Shown in pieces: positions 20,104 through 30,854 of a stretch of 64,000 nucleotides of DNA. A program made the position numbers and the translations under genes. Source of the stretch: a virus; IMG/VR virus record IMGVR_UViG_3300025151_000028, positions 6,612 to 70,611 of that record; one strand, written 5' to 3'. Below the pieces are notes generated by a model. The model ran no database searches. It had not been told where the DNA came from and saw only the letters and a list, made by a program, of their open reading frames with translations. Each line of letters starts with the position of its first letter. The first letter of the stretch is position 1.

Positions 20104-20835
20104 TTATTCATTAGTTTGTATTCTGAATTGTGCACTTTGCACCGCACTAGCGTTTTCAGTATACATTGCAAGATTTTGAACTGTCAAATCTAAAAGTTCA
20201 TCTTCTAAATATGAAGCAAGCTCACAATCTTGATTAGTAGATGGATTTCCATCCATCATGACATAACCTGTTTTGTTAATATATACAGGATATCTCATAT
20301 ACATTATGTAAATATCTTTGGGAGTAAATGTACCATCAGTATATATACTAATAGTGTTAGATGATATTGCATTCAACGTTTCTTGATACTCAAAGCTAGG
20401 TTTGTAGTGATCATTATTAAGTAATAGAGATAAGTCTCCATGCTTACTTAAATCCTTGTTAATCCATATCTTACGATCTTTGCATTTACCTTTATCAGCC
20501 AATATATAACTATCAACATAAAACATGTATTCAGGTTTTAGTGAAGTTAGATCAGCATCCCATTGATGTAGTTCGGTATTAGTTTCTTGTAGAGGTAGTG
20601 GTTGATTTGTAAAATCTATAACTAAATTTTGTAAATCTTCGTACCTTTTTTTAAAAGCATCAAACCCTAGTTTGTTAGGGATTGCAAAACCATCAACTTT
20701 TTGTTTTATCAACTTAATCTGAGCCTCATTCAAAGCTAAGATCTTGTCTTCAAGTTGAATTTGTTGATGCTCGTTAGTTGATAGTTTATTTAGTTTTTGG
20801 TCTATTTTGTATAATAAACTATCTACTGGTATCAT
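20104..20835 (-). CDS. Putative head-tail ring protein
   Basis: LNEAQ, KRYEDL, YMRYP and CEL motifs; crAss-like synteny. Confidence 0.55.
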   Translation of the reverse strand: MIPVDSLLYKIDQKLNKLSTNEHQQIQLEDKILALNEAQIKLIKQKVDGFAIPNKLGFDAFKKRYEDLQNLVIDFTNQPLPLQETNTELHQWDADLTSLKPEYMFYVDSYILADKGKCKDRKIWINKDLSKHGDLSLLLNNDHYKPSFEYQETLNAISSNTISIYTDGTFTPKDIYIMYMRYPVYINKTGYVMMDGNPSTNQDCELASYLEDELLDLTVQNLAMYTENASAVQSAQFRIQTNE

Positions 20836-20862
20836 TTATAAAAGAGTTTTAAAACTAGCCTC

Positions 20863-21831
20863 TTATACAGAAGCTAGTTTCTTTGTTTTCAACTTTTTTT
20901 CTAGAACTATTAAGTCTTCTTGATGATCTTCATCTACTAAATACTTTAATAATTCTTCTTCATCCATTGCTACTTCGTATTCACCTTCATAGATTTTTCC
21001 ACTTGGTTTAACTCTGTAGATTGAATGTTGAATAGCTTGTTTAATTAAATCTTTAATATGGAGTAAATTTTCTTTCATATCAGCAAATCTGTTAAATACT
21101 TCTACAGGATTTAATCCTTTAAAGCTTCCAGACTTAACTTCAGATTGTTTCAACATACTATCAACTTGGTTATATACAACTTCTTCTTTTGTCTCATCAG
21201 TTACAGGAAGTCCAAGTAGTCTTGCAACTTTCTTCTTCTTCTCAGGACTCATTGAGTCAAACTTGATAATAGCTTTGTTAATAAGCTGTTTTTTCTTGTA
21301 GACAATTGCATTTTCAATATCATCATTAACAATATAGAACTGTGTGTCTGCAGGAAATTCACCTCTTTCCCATGCTTGATAAGAAGATGCAACTGTTGGA
21401 TGCACTCTTAACCATGCAAAAGCTAACTCTTGAAGAGGTTGAGTCAAATCAAAGAAGTTATCTCCATCTAAAAGTTTTACAGGTTGCACATGTAATGAAT
21501 CATTTGCTCCTGTAGATAATGCATAGTTCCAGAATTTAGCTCTTGGTCCTAAGTCAATATCTCCTAAAGATGCTTGTAACTTATCTCTAAGTTCTGTAAC
21601 ACGCTCAATTTCTAGTTCTTTTTCAGTAGGATCTTGAATACGTTTAATGTATCCAGCAGTAGGGTCTAGCCCTGTTCTGTACTTACCGTCTAACTCTTTG
21701 TAAGGATATTTAAAAACTCCTGTTCCAGGAATTCTTGTCATCCCCATGTTAGCAAGATTACTATCCATCGTTTGCAATTGAGAACTGTTGTATTGTTTCT
21801 TGATAGTAGAAACTTTTCCTATTTTACCCAT
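20863..21831 (-). CDS. Conserved capsid-module protein of unknown function
   Basis: 322 aa immediately downstream of the MCP. Confidence 0.6.
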   Translation of the reverse strand: MGKIGKVSTIKKQYNSSQLQTMDSNLANMGMTRIPGTGVFKYPYKELDGKYRTGLDPTAGYIKRIQDPTEKELEIERVTELRDKLQASLGDIDLGPRAKFWNYALSTGANDSLHVQPVKLLDGDNFFDLTQPLQELAFAWLRVHPTVASSYQAWERGEFPADTQFYIVNDDIENAIVYKKKQLINKAIIKFDSMSPEKKKKVARLLGLPVTDETKEEVVYNQVDSMLKQSEVKSGSFKGLNPVEVFNRFADMKENLLHIKDLIKQAIQHSIYRVKPSGKIYEGEYEVAMDEEELLKYLVDEDHQEDLIVLEKKLKTKKLASV

Positions 21832-21869
21832 AATGTAGTTTAATTAATAATGTTATTGGTTTACTTTGT

Positions 21870-22001
21870 AGAATGCTCTGATTGAACAGGTAGAAACTTA
21901 ATTCAGCATTCTTATGTCGAGAAGGGTGTCCCCTCTGAGGAGGGACAGTGTGGGATGAGGGGACTCTTCTCTGAGAAAGAGTTGACTAGGGAACAGTCAA
22001 C
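21870..22001 (-). ncRNA. Candidate structured RNA element after the MCP stop
   Basis: Three stems: GTTGACT/AGTCAAC; GAGAAG+GTCCCCTC/GAGGGGAC+CTTCTC; AGAATGCT/AGCATTCT. Confidence 0.5.
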
Positions 22002-22014
22002 CGTAGATCTCTTT

Positions 22015-23568
22015 TTAGAACTGTGGAATCTCTTCGATAAGTACAGTTCTAGATAAATCCTCGATGAATACATCACAACGATCTTTCATCCAGATTTCGT
22101 ATCCTGGGAATTTATTAGCAGAGCTCATACCTTGAGACTTAGCAAAACCTAAGTGGTGACGAGTTCCATCAATATAACCCCAAGTCATAGAAGGTGCACC
22201 CTTCATACGTACCTCACGGATGTTGTTGATCATTGATCCATCAGACTGAGGAGAAACATCAAATACCATAAATACAGGAGTAGACTTTTTGTTTTGTCCA
22301 AATTCTAAGTTAGTTTGTGGTAAATCTAACTCTTTTAAGTGAACAAGTTCTACACGTCCAGTCTCACGAGTAACCATTGCATCAAATGCAAAGTTATAAG
22401 TGATAGACTGTCCTTCTCCTTGTAAGTATCTGTTTCCAGAATCAGCCATAAATGTTAATCCAGAGTTAAGTGCATCATCTTTAAGAGCTTGTTGGAATAC
22501 ATCGAATCCAGCCTCATTAGTGTACATTTTAACTCTACGATCTTTAACGTCTACTCGTCTATAGAATAAGTCTCCAAATACTGAACGAATCAAGTTTGCA
22601 GAGAACTCACCTCTATTGTATTGTACTAAGTTTCCGTTATTTCTCATTCTGTGGTATACACCAGCAGAAGTTCTTTTTAATTCTTGTTTAGAACCGTTAG
22701 TCTTAACTGTTCCAGGCTTAGCCCAGATCATTCTCTTAACTTTCAATTCTAACATAGACTTACGCATCCAGAACTCAACGAAAGGCTCCCACTTAACATC
22801 ATTACGAGTTAAAGGAAGTTGATTACGTCTTTGTGGAGCATATACTAAGATGTCTAATGCTTTACCTGAAGAGTCACGTAACATTTTGTCATCAGCCCAT
22901 TCAGTAATTTTGTGCTCGTATCCATATGCAGAACCTAATGATTCAAACATAGTGATCTCTTCGCCTAATCTTGGAAGTCCTAATAAATCTTGGTCAAATT
23001 CTCCAATTGCAGCATCAACTAGTTCTAATTCGACACCAGTAGATAAGAAAGTGGAGCTTACAAAATCTACAGTTGGATTGTCACTTACTAATGTAAAAGT
23101 GTACAAGAATCCAGCATTCCAAGGCTGTGGATCTTTAATTACATAGAAACGTGGTCCATACTGACGAGTTCCTACAGATACGATAGCATTTTTAGAGAAT
23201 TCGTTAGTGTCAATTACTAATGTAAACTCTTGTCCATCGATACCTGGTTTAGCCATAGCAGCTGTTGAATCAGGAATGTCAATAATTTTTGGGAATTTGT
23301 AAGGTACAGCGATTTTCCATTTCCAAGCGTCACTGTTATTATCAATGTAATAAGGAGTGCTCTTGTTGATCATGTCAAGGAAATCATTGCTGTACAATGA
23401 AGATTGAGTATACAGACTGATAATCTTTTTATCATAGTCCGCAGGCTCAGTAGAGTGAAAAGACTCTAAGTGATTTGCGTCTGTTAGCTTTCCTACAGCA
23501 CGCTTATCCATAGAAGCTACTCGTGCATAAGTAAAACCAGTTAGACCTGGGATTGTTTGAATTGCCAT
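22015..23568 (-). CDS. Major capsid protein (crAss-like)
   Basis: 517 aa after portal and scaffold-like genes; size and motifs (SAGVYHRM, MYTNEAGF) fit crAss-like MCP. Confidence 0.85.
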   Translation of the reverse strand: MAIQTIPGLTGFTYARVASMDKRAVGKLTDANHLESFHSTEPADYDKKIISLYTQSSLYSNDFLDMINKSTPYYIDNNSDAWKWKIAVPYKFPKIIDIPDSTAAMAKPGIDGQEFTLVIDTNEFSKNAIVSVGTRQYGPRFYVIKDPQPWNAGFLYTFTLVSDNPTVDFVSSTFLSTGVELELVDAAIGEFDQDLLGLPRLGEEITMFESLGSAYGYEHKITEWADDKMLRDSSGKALDILVYAPQRRNQLPLTRNDVKWEPFVEFWMRKSMLELKVKRMIWAKPGTVKTNGSKQELKRTSAGVYHRMRNNGNLVQYNRGEFSANLIRSVFGDLFYRRVDVKDRRVKMYTNEAGFDVFQQALKDDALNSGLTFMADSGNRYLQGEGQSITYNFAFDAMVTRETGRVELVHLKELDLPQTNLEFGQNKKSTPVFMVFDVSPQSDGSMINNIREVRMKGAPSMTWGYIDGTRHHLGFAKSQGMSSANKFPGYEIWMKDRCDVFIEDLSRTVLIEEIPQF

Positions 23569-23594
23569 TTTATTCGTTTTAAATTATTAAATTA

Positions 23595-24884
23595 TTATAA
23601 AAACCATGAATTAGGTTTGGTCTTTTTGTTTGAAGCTTTAGAAGCTGACTTGCTCCTAGTTACTTGCCTAGCTACTTCCCCAAATAACTGATTGGACTTT
23701 TTAGTCACACCAGTTCTCTGTATAGTAGATAGGGTAGGATCTTTTTCTAATATCTTCATCAAAAGCCCCACCTTCACTTTCAGTTCATGGTTCTCAGGTC
23801 TTTTCAAATCTAAGATAGCACGATCAAAGTCAGTGAGATTTTCTCCAGCAGGAGTTTTCCACTTGTCTACTAATAGGAAGTCTTGTAGTTCGTTTGCTAA
23901 GTTAGGATTGATTGGAATACCATCAAACTCTTTTTCTTTTAGCTTGTCAGTTAAAATAGTCTGAACATTATTTATATATTGGTTCTTAATAGCAACTTTT
24001 TGTTGTTGAACCTGTTCAGCCTCTTTATCTAGTTGTTGAAGCTTTTTAGCTTCATTCTTTACTAACACCTTATGATGTCTTGTAGATACGGCTTCTAAAT
24101 CACCGTAATTTTGTAATCTCTCGATTTCTTTACTTATGTCTTCTGGTTCAAATCCTTGATCAGCTAATGCTTGTTTCATTACTGATATTTGATTATTCTC
24201 TTTAGATAAGTCCATTTCACTAAAACTTACAATTTGATTGTATGTTCCGAAATACTCTTTAGGATCTACACCTTTTACAAAGATGGATTCAAAAGCCTGT
24301 TGGTAATCTTCTCCAAATTGACCAATGAAGTTTTGAACTATCTCAGATGCTCCTTTTTTCTTTTCAGCAGTAAATCTTTCTAGAAATTCTTCTGGAGTAT
24401 TTATTGATACTTCTTCTTCCTCATTCTCTTTTGTAAAGACTCCTAAGTTGAACAAGTCATTAGCTAATGCAGTGAATTGACTTCCATCTACCTGAGCTTC
24501 TTGTTCCTCTTCTTGAGACTCTTCAACTTTTTCTTCTTCAACTGTTTCCTTTTTTGCAACAGTTGTTTCTTCTTTTACTTCTTCTTCTTGTTCTTCTTCT
24601 GAATCACTTAAGAAGTCAGCTATCAAAGATTCTCCTGATTGTTTTTCTTCATCAGTTTTACCATCAACACTTTTTGGTGGTGTAATATCTTTACCTCTTG
24701 GAGGGTCATTATTTACTTCCTGTTTTGGAGAATCTATTTCATTTACTATAGGTTCAACATCGTCAGGATTACCTGAAGCAGTTTCTGGAGCAAGTAGATC
24801 ATTCAACAATTGAGTATCTCCTGCACCAGCTTCAACAGTATCTTGAATACCGAAATCACCGAGTTTATCTAAATTATCAGACAT
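23595..24884 (-). CDS. Acidic scaffold-like protein
   Basis: Very E/D-rich N-terminus and coiled coil; lies between portal and MCP. Confidence 0.6.
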   Translation of the reverse strand: MSDNLDKLGDFGIQDTVEAGAGDTQLLNDLLAPETASGNPDDVEPIVNEIDSPKQEVNNDPPRGKDITPPKSVDGKTDEEKQSGESLIADFLSDSEEEQEEEVKEETTVAKKETVEEEKVEESQEEEQEAQVDGSQFTALANDLFNLGVFTKENEEEEVSINTPEEFLERFTAEKKKGASEIVQNFIGQFGEDYQQAFESIFVKGVDPKEYFGTYNQIVSFSEMDLSKENNQISVMKQALADQGFEPEDISKEIERLQNYGDLEAVSTRHHKVLVKNEAKKLQQLDKEAEQVQQQKVAIKNQYINNVQTILTDKLKEKEFDGIPINPNLANELQDFLLVDKWKTPAGENLTDFDRAILDLKRPENHELKVKVGLLMKILEKDPTLSTIQRTGVTKKSNQLFGEVARQVTRSKSASKASNKKTKPNSWFL

Positions 24885-24922
24885 ATGTAGTTGTATTTTG
24901 TTACGTATTTGGTTTACTTATG

Positions 24923-24953
24923 TAAAACTAAGTCAAGAGTATCTAATATCAAA
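24923..24953 (-). promoter_or_regulatory. Bacteroidota-type promoter for the scaffold/MCP operon
   Basis: TTTG-N19-TAGTTTTA. Confidence 0.5.
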
Positions 24954-25027
24954 GTATATTTCATCCTTTCTTATAACTTTTTTGGATAATATAGCATTAA
25001 TATTTTCCCCTCTCCTAATTTAATTAA

Positions 25028-27613
25028 TTAGTTTTTCTTATTTCTACCTTTTGCATTTTCTTTTGCAACAGCAAGATCATTTGCTTGATTGTCACGAGCT
25101 AATTTTATTTTCTCTCTTTCAATCTGTAATTTCTGCTGAGCTAAAGTATTTTTAGAATTTATATCAGCCATTTTGCTGTCATAATCCTTTTGAGCTTTTG
25201 TTTGCTGTGCAGCTAACTTTTCTATTTCTAATGCATCTGGTGAACCTGAAGCATCAAGATCAACACTTGCTCCACCTTCTTTAGACATTGCATTTATCAT
25301 AGCAATCTCTTTCTTGTTTACACGATCTAGTTCGTTTTGTAAGTTTTCGTTAGCTTGTTTCTCTTGAGCCATTCTAGCAGCCTCTTGCATCTGAGCTTGT
25401 GCAATCTGACCAGCTTGCTCTTGTTGTTTTTGTTGCAACTCCATCTGTTGTTGCTGTTGTTCAACTTGTCTATCTCTAAGATCTTTGAAAGTTTTCTTCA
25501 TGTCTCTCATAGACTTAGTGCTATACAGTTCGATTACATCATAAAGTGTGCCACCGTTCTGAATAATAGCTTGAGACAACTGTCTAAGTTCATTAAACAT
25601 TTGAGTATCTTCAGGTCTATTGGTTAAGAACACTTTTAAGTCACGAAGTTTCAAGTCTGATCCATTCACTTGAACAAATGCAGACTCTCCTTCGTTTGTT
25701 ATATATGACAGGGTAGATTCTGGTTTAGAACTTTCAACATATAAAGATGCATCAATAATAGCTTGATAAAGTTGACCCATTACATACTCATGAGCAATGA
25801 ATAGAGGCTCTGTCTGAGAGTAACTTTGTGATAATGCTGTTTGTGTACCTGTGGCTGTTTCTGATGCAGCTATGGAGCCCATACGCTGTTTAGACATACC
25901 AATAAGTTCCCAACATTCTATCTTCATTTGTTGAGCTAGTGTATAACGAGCTTGTATCTCTTGTGTTCTTGTAAGATCCAGAGATGTAAACTGGTTGAAT
26001 GAGCTTGGACTCTTCAAGTTCTCTGGACTATCATCAACAAACACAACACCACGTTCACGAGCTTCCATTTCCCACATATCAAGTGCATCTTGTGCATCTC
26101 CATCTTTAGGAACAGGAATATGTCTAAGTGACATCAATTGTACCTTACCAACTTCTTTTTCTAGAAGCTTGTATAACTGATTCATACAGACGTTATAAAT
26201 AACTTGGAAAGGTTTCATTAGATCTACTAGAGATCGTGCCTCTGTGTTCTTTACTTCATACGTAGTACCTATAATTGGGCAATAGTTTAGAAGTTTATAT
26301 GGCTTAACATGATAAATGTCTGGACCAATCTTAGTTCCTTGGTACCATTGGTTAACCCATCCCCATTCTAGAGATATTTGTGTAGGCATATCACCTGACT
26401 TGTATGTTTCATCTACAAGAGTTGATTGCTCATTACCTAATTCATCTGTATAAGTAAGTTTACCTATTTTTCTTTTAGATATCCAATAACTTCTTATAAC
26501 AACATATTTGTATCCAAATGAAGACACATTAGATGTAAGACCTAAAAAGTCTTGTAAGCCATCATTGTTCTCTTTCATCTCTGACTCAATAATCATACGT
26601 GTTTGTAAGATTAATGGATCATATGTATCATAGTTTATAGAATCTATTCCAGGATCAACATTTGGATTACCAAGATTTGATTCTTGTACATCAATTAGTC
26701 CATAGTCTTGTAATGAACTTCTTAAATGATCAATCTCTTCTTTAGTTAGATCTGGAAAAGCTTCAATGATTTCTGAGATTTCCATAACCTCAACAGTACC
26801 AGCAGCATACGCTCCTTGTGATCTTCCTGTTGGGTCTGATATATATTTTTTATCTGGTGTTGTAAGAAACCAAGTGTTCTTTGGATTAGCCACCTCTATG
26901 TTAAATCCAAGCTTAGAGTTATCTTCATATATGTGGTAAAACTCTCTTGCAGATATTAGTAAATCTCTAAAAGCATCCTCTGACATTTCTTTTATGTTAA
27001 AGTCTGCTTTATTTGATGTAAGTGTGTGATTAGCCCACTTCTCAGCAACAGATGTATAACTGTCTAACTGATCTTTTACTTGCTCCATTGTTATTGCCTG
27101 AATATCTTCCATAGATACTTCTTGACCAGACATAGCAGCTTTTGCCATTACTTGTTGCTTAACTTGATTAATTACGTAAGCTTGTAATGTATCTGTCTTA
27201 AACTGTAACTCTTGAGCTTGACTATCATCATCAAATGCCTTAACTCTAAATGTGTCAGGACGTTTAGATATTTCACCTACTAGTTCATTTACAGGAGTGG
27301 TGATGATTGAATAGTGTTTTACATATGCAGGAAGATCAATGTCTTTCTCCAACATGTCTGTAAAACTTTTAACCTCTGGCTCATCAATCAAGAAATCTTC
27401 TTTTCTTAATATTCCTTTCATGAGATCATAGTTCTTTACAAACGTATCTCTATTTTTTACATATTCTGTATATGCTTTGTTTGCAAAGTAATCCATAGTA
27501 TTCTTCACCCAACTATCATCTTTCTTCTGCTTCTCAGTTTTAAACTGGTCAGGAAATATGTTTAGGTAAGCATACTTGATATTGTCTTCTTTTGTATATC
27601 TTATAATTGCCAT
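25028..27613 (-). CDS. Portal protein
   Basis: 861 aa right after the terminase; SLVDLMKPFQVIYN; Q-rich C-terminal coiled coil. Confidence 0.9.
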   Translation of the reverse strand: MAIIRYTKEDNIKYAYLNIFPDQFKTEKQKKDDSWVKNTMDYFANKAYTEYVKNRDTFVKNYDLMKGILRKEDFLIDEPEVKSFTDMLEKDIDLPAYVKHYSIITTPVNELVGEISKRPDTFRVKAFDDDSQAQELQFKTDTLQAYVINQVKQQVMAKAAMSGQEVSMEDIQAITMEQVKDQLDSYTSVAEKWANHTLTSNKADFNIKEMSEDAFRDLLISAREFYHIYEDNSKLGFNIEVANPKNTWFLTTPDKKYISDPTGRSQGAYAAGTVEVMEISEIIEAFPDLTKEEIDHLRSSLQDYGLIDVQESNLGNPNVDPGIDSINYDTYDPLILQTRMIIESEMKENNDGLQDFLGLTSNVSSFGYKYVVIRSYWISKRKIGKLTYTDELGNEQSTLVDETYKSGDMPTQISLEWGWVNQWYQGTKIGPDIYHVKPYKLLNYCPIIGTTYEVKNTEARSLVDLMKPFQVIYNVCMNQLYKLLEKEVGKVQLMSLRHIPVPKDGDAQDALDMWEMEARERGVVFVDDSPENLKSPSSFNQFTSLDLTRTQEIQARYTLAQQMKIECWELIGMSKQRMGSIAASETATGTQTALSQSYSQTEPLFIAHEYVMGQLYQAIIDASLYVESSKPESTLSYITNEGESAFVQVNGSDLKLRDLKVFLTNRPEDTQMFNELRQLSQAIIQNGGTLYDVIELYSTKSMRDMKKTFKDLRDRQVEQQQQQMELQQKQQEQAGQIAQAQMQEAARMAQEKQANENLQNELDRVNKKEIAMINAMSKEGGASVDLDASGSPDALEIEKLAAQQTKAQKDYDSKMADINSKNTLAQQKLQIEREKIKLARDNQANDLAVAKENAKGRNKKN

Positions 27614-29634
27614 TATGAAAAAAGTTTATTTTTCTTTCTATTAAACAATCCTCTGGACTGTGTAAATAGTTTATTTTTTTTGTTTCGGTTGACCATAGAT
27701 GTTAATCTTATGTCCTGTTGCTCTCCTACTTTTCCAAGAATAGGATCTAGTTTCATAGCTAGCGCAATTGCTAACTCAGCTGCAATGATTCGGTCAAAGT
27801 TACCTGATTCATTGTACTGTATCATTTCTTCTAGTAGTACAGGATCTAACACTTTAGCCATACCTTTAGTTTGAGAAATAACCTCACCATCTTCGTTAGT
27901 CTCAGAGTGTACAATTTCTTCTGTATACTTCTTGAGACAACCATGTAGGAAATCTCTAATCTTTTCTGATGATCTATGTATACCATAGTCACGTCTTACG
28001 GTAGTATTTGGTACTATTTCTTTCAACCATGTAGGTTGTCTTTCCAAATATTGAGCATCTCCTTTACTTATCATGTGATCTATAAAGGATATCTCATCAT
28101 TTTCACACAATGCTCTAGCATTGTAGTATTTTATTAAGTATCGTGCTTGGTTTTCCCAGGTTTCTTTCTTATCTGGACGTGCACAATAGCTCGCTACAAA
28201 CATATCTTGGTATTTTTCACCAGATATAGCATGCATACGTTTATATATGTATACTGATCCTAATGATGAACTATATGCTGATTTACCCTGTCTATAAGGG
28301 TCAATACCTGCAACATATAGGCCATATGGTGGATTATCTACAGGAAATTCATAAATAACTACAGGAGCATCTTTTAAATCTGTATGTTTTAGTGGAAAGT
28401 TAAGAATAGGGCGTTTGTCTGTAAATTCATGCTTTACACCAGCACCATCATCATATAATATAACAGGAGTTCCTGTTCTTTCACCTTCTATTAGTCTATG
28501 CTTCTGACGTTTAGCTGCTTCTATATCAAAGATGTTTGTATCTTCATTTAAGAATATATCATCTACCTCTTGTGGGTAGTACATCTTTTCTTTTAGATAT
28601 GCTAATCTATCACCTGCTTTCTTAAGACGCTCTAAGTTAGTATTAGTTACTTCTGTAGCCTTTTCTTCATTAGATACCATCATAGGTACATCATGTAGCA
28701 AAGAGCTCTTAGGTTTATCTAAAAACGCACCTAGTGTAGAATCTTCCTTAGCTTCCATTCTATACTTGTGAGAAATAAACAATCCATGTACACGCTTCTC
28801 ATCTTTTTCATTATTGTACGTAAGAAAATTAAAATTATCTACGTCAAACATCAAAGTTTTAGCATCCATGAATTTTTTCATGTCTCCACCTGTTCCTGTA
28901 AGAATAGGACTACATCCCCACCCAAATGGTGTTGTAAATCCAGGAACAGCAGCTTGGAAACCTCGTAAGAAGTTACCTTTACCAATTTCATCAATGATTA
29001 GTCTACGAGGTTTTGTACCTGCAATAGCTTCTTCATTATTACCTTCATCTAAGTTACGAATAAGGATCTGTGAAAATGGTACACGTTCACCACCTCTAGT
29101 CTTAATACCAAGTGTTACTTGATTCTTCCAGTTATCTTCTACCCTTTGCCATCTCCACGCTTTAGGTAAGAAGTTAAGTCCCTTATCTATCTTATCTGTA
29201 ATAAGTTTGATATCAGGAGCATTAAGACCTGCAATGATGTTTTGTGAGTTTTCATCAAATGTAGCACCTTGTGCAATATAACTTGCTTCAATTACAGACT
29301 TAGCAAAACGTCTGATTCCTAGTATAACAAGTCCTTTTTTCTCTTTGTTAGCTCTATCTATTTCATTTGTAACTAACCATTCATTGTCTCTAAGTAGTGG
29401 ATTAGCATACTTCTGGTTAATTCTACCATACTCATCTATAACATCTACTTCTGTGTGCCAAACGTTTAAATGCCAGTATAAGAATGGATTTATATATACT
29501 CCATCCATCATACAACCATTCATACATAACTCTTTATGGTAGTTAAAGAAAGATCTGTATTCTTCAGAATCTGCATCTGGAATACGCTTTTGATTGATAA
29601 ACCAATCTTTATAATCTACACTGTGTAGTTTCAT
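27613..29634 (-). CDS. terL: Terminase large subunit
   Basis: RRFAKS (Walker A-like), LIIDEIG (Walker B), LTGTGG, AGIDPY nuclease motif, NFDRI. Confidence 0.92.
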   Translation of the reverse strand: MKLHSVDYKDWFINQKRIPDADSEEYRSFFNYHKELCMNGCMMDGVYINPFLYWHLNVWHTEVDVIDEYGRINQKYANPLLRDNEWLVTNEIDRANKEKKGLVILGIRRFAKSVIEASYIAQGATFDENSQNIIAGLNAPDIKLITDKIDKGLNFLPKAWRWQRVEDNWKNQVTLGIKTRGGERVPFSQILIRNLDEGNNEEAIAGTKPRRLIIDEIGKGNFLRGFQAAVPGFTTPFGWGCSPILTGTGGDMKKFMDAKTLMFDVDNFNFLTYNNEKDEKRVHGLFISHKYRMEAKEDSTLGAFLDKPKSSLLHDVPMMVSNEEKATEVTNTNLERLKKAGDRLAYLKEKMYYPQEVDDIFLNEDTNIFDIEAAKRQKHRLIEGERTGTPVILYDDGAGVKHEFTDKRPILNFPLKHTDLKDAPVVIYEFPVDNPPYGLYVAGIDPYRQGKSAYSSSLGSVYIYKRMHAISGEKYQDMFVASYCARPDKKETWENQARYLIKYYNARALCENDEISFIDHMISKGDAQYLERQPTWLKEIVPNTTVRRDYGIHRSSEKIRDFLHGCLKKYTEEIVHSETNEDGEVISQTKGMAKVLDPVLLEEMIQYNESGNFDRIIAAELAIALAMKLDPILGKVGEQQDIRLTSMVNRNKKNKLFTQSRGLFNRKKNKLFS

Positions 29635-29637
29635 GTT

Positions 29638-29967
29638 TTACTTTCTGTTCTTGTAGAAGTCTTCTGCCATTGCTCCTAATTGAGCACCACCCCTTGTCTC
29701 CACTTTTTTCTTTTCTTCTTTTTCACGTAGTTTATCTACTTGTTCAAGAAGAGCTAAATAATTCTTCATAGTGTCTTGTACAAACTTACCTTGACTTTCA
29801 ATAGATGCAACTACCATAGGTATCACACCACCAGATTTAGTTTCTTTGTACTTAACTCTATCTTCTAATTCATGAAGAGGATTAGCATCAACATATTCTT
29901 TCCAAGAACTAAGTTGTTGTTCTGCCCAATCAAGTTCAGCATTTATGTATGTAGTTTTTTTTGCCAT
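29638..29967 (-). CDS. Hypothetical protein, candidate terminase small subunit
   Basis: Helical 109 aa directly upstream of terL; role inferred from position only. Confidence 0.45.
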   Translation of the reverse strand: MAKKTTYINAELDWAEQQLSSWKEYVDANPLHELEDRVKYKETKSGGVIPMVVASIESQGKFVQDTMKNYLALLEQVDKLREKEEKKKVETRGGAQLGAMAEDFYKNRK

Positions 29968-30020
29968 TTATGTTTTGTTCGTTCCACCCATCTTCCCAAT
30001 ATATAAAGATGAGATCACTA

Positions 30021-30302
30021 TTAATATCCATCATCGTCATTTAGTTCATGAACATTACTGATTCTCATACCATCTCGTAGTATTTTATCTATCTCAGACT
30101 CATCATGAGGTACGTCCATATCTATACTAATTTGATATTTCTGTAATGTGTGATATAGGTTTTTATCTGTTAATCCCCACAAATACTTAGTTTCTAGTCC
30201 ATCAAATGATGTAGCTAAGTGTTTTCCTAAACTCAAGGAAGGGTGATCTCTTTTAAGTTCTGCTAGTAATTTAATTATTTTGTGATAGTATGTTGCACTC
30301 AT
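30021..30302 (-). CDS. Hypothetical protein
   Basis: 93-aa ORF in operon. Confidence 0.65.
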   Translation of the reverse strand: MSATYYHKIIKLLAELKRDHPSLSLGKHLATSFDGLETKYLWGLTDKNLYHTLQKYQISIDMDVPHDESEIDKILRDGMRISNVHELNDDDGY

Positions 30303-30304
30303 GT

Positions 30305-30577
30305 TTATATCAGATCATTTATGTCTTCATCAGATATAGGGTTTATATCTTCTTCAGGTGGTTTAACTTCTGTAAGTAAGTATTCTGGATCTGTTTCTTT
30401 TGTTTCTGATTGACCATCATAATATTCAGGTCTAACTGTAACTTTTATTACATCATTTTCTGAATCCTCTCTTGGTTCCCCTTCTATGTCAATGAAATCT
30501 GCTCCTTCTTCATATAACTGAGTGAGTACATGGATGAGTGATGTTACTGGTATTTTATTTAGCCTTAGATGCTTCAT
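30305..30577 (-). CDS. Hypothetical acidic protein
   Basis: Likely start MKHLRL at 30577. Confidence 0.65.
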   Translation of the reverse strand: MKHLRLNKIPVTSLIHVLTQLYEEGADFIDIEGEPREDSENDVIKVTVRPEYYDGQSETKETDPEYLLTEVKPPEEDINPISDEDINDLI

Positions 30578-30854
30578 GTTTCTTATATTCTTGTTCTTCA
30601 ATATCTGTTAATACAGCTTTCCATTTGTTTATAGGGCAAGAGCATGATAAACATTTACTCTTTGCAGAGAGTGTACAACCGCAACTTATACAGTGTGCAT
30701 CTGGTCGTACAGTGGAGTGATTCTTAGAATGATGTTCACATTCATTACATATTGCTAGGCGTTCTGCACTCACCACAGCTATCTGCTCCTTTAGTTTCTC
30801 TGGAGGTAGGATGTTGTTTCTCCAACCTTCATATATCTCCTTTATCTTTATCAT
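30555..30854 (-). CDS. Cys-rich putative Zn-binding protein
   Basis: RLAICNEC...CISCGC...CSCPINKW. Confidence 0.7.
   Translation of the reverse strand: MIKIKEIYEGWRNNILPPEKLKEQIAVVSAERLAICNECEHHSKNHSTVRPDAHCISCGCTLSAKSKCLSCSCPINKWKAVLTDIEEQEYKKHEASKAK

Noticed and set aside
21990-22017. Read-through or frameshift extension of the major capsid protein
   Set aside because: An in-frame TGA follows five codons after the TAA, and no convincing slippery site was seen.
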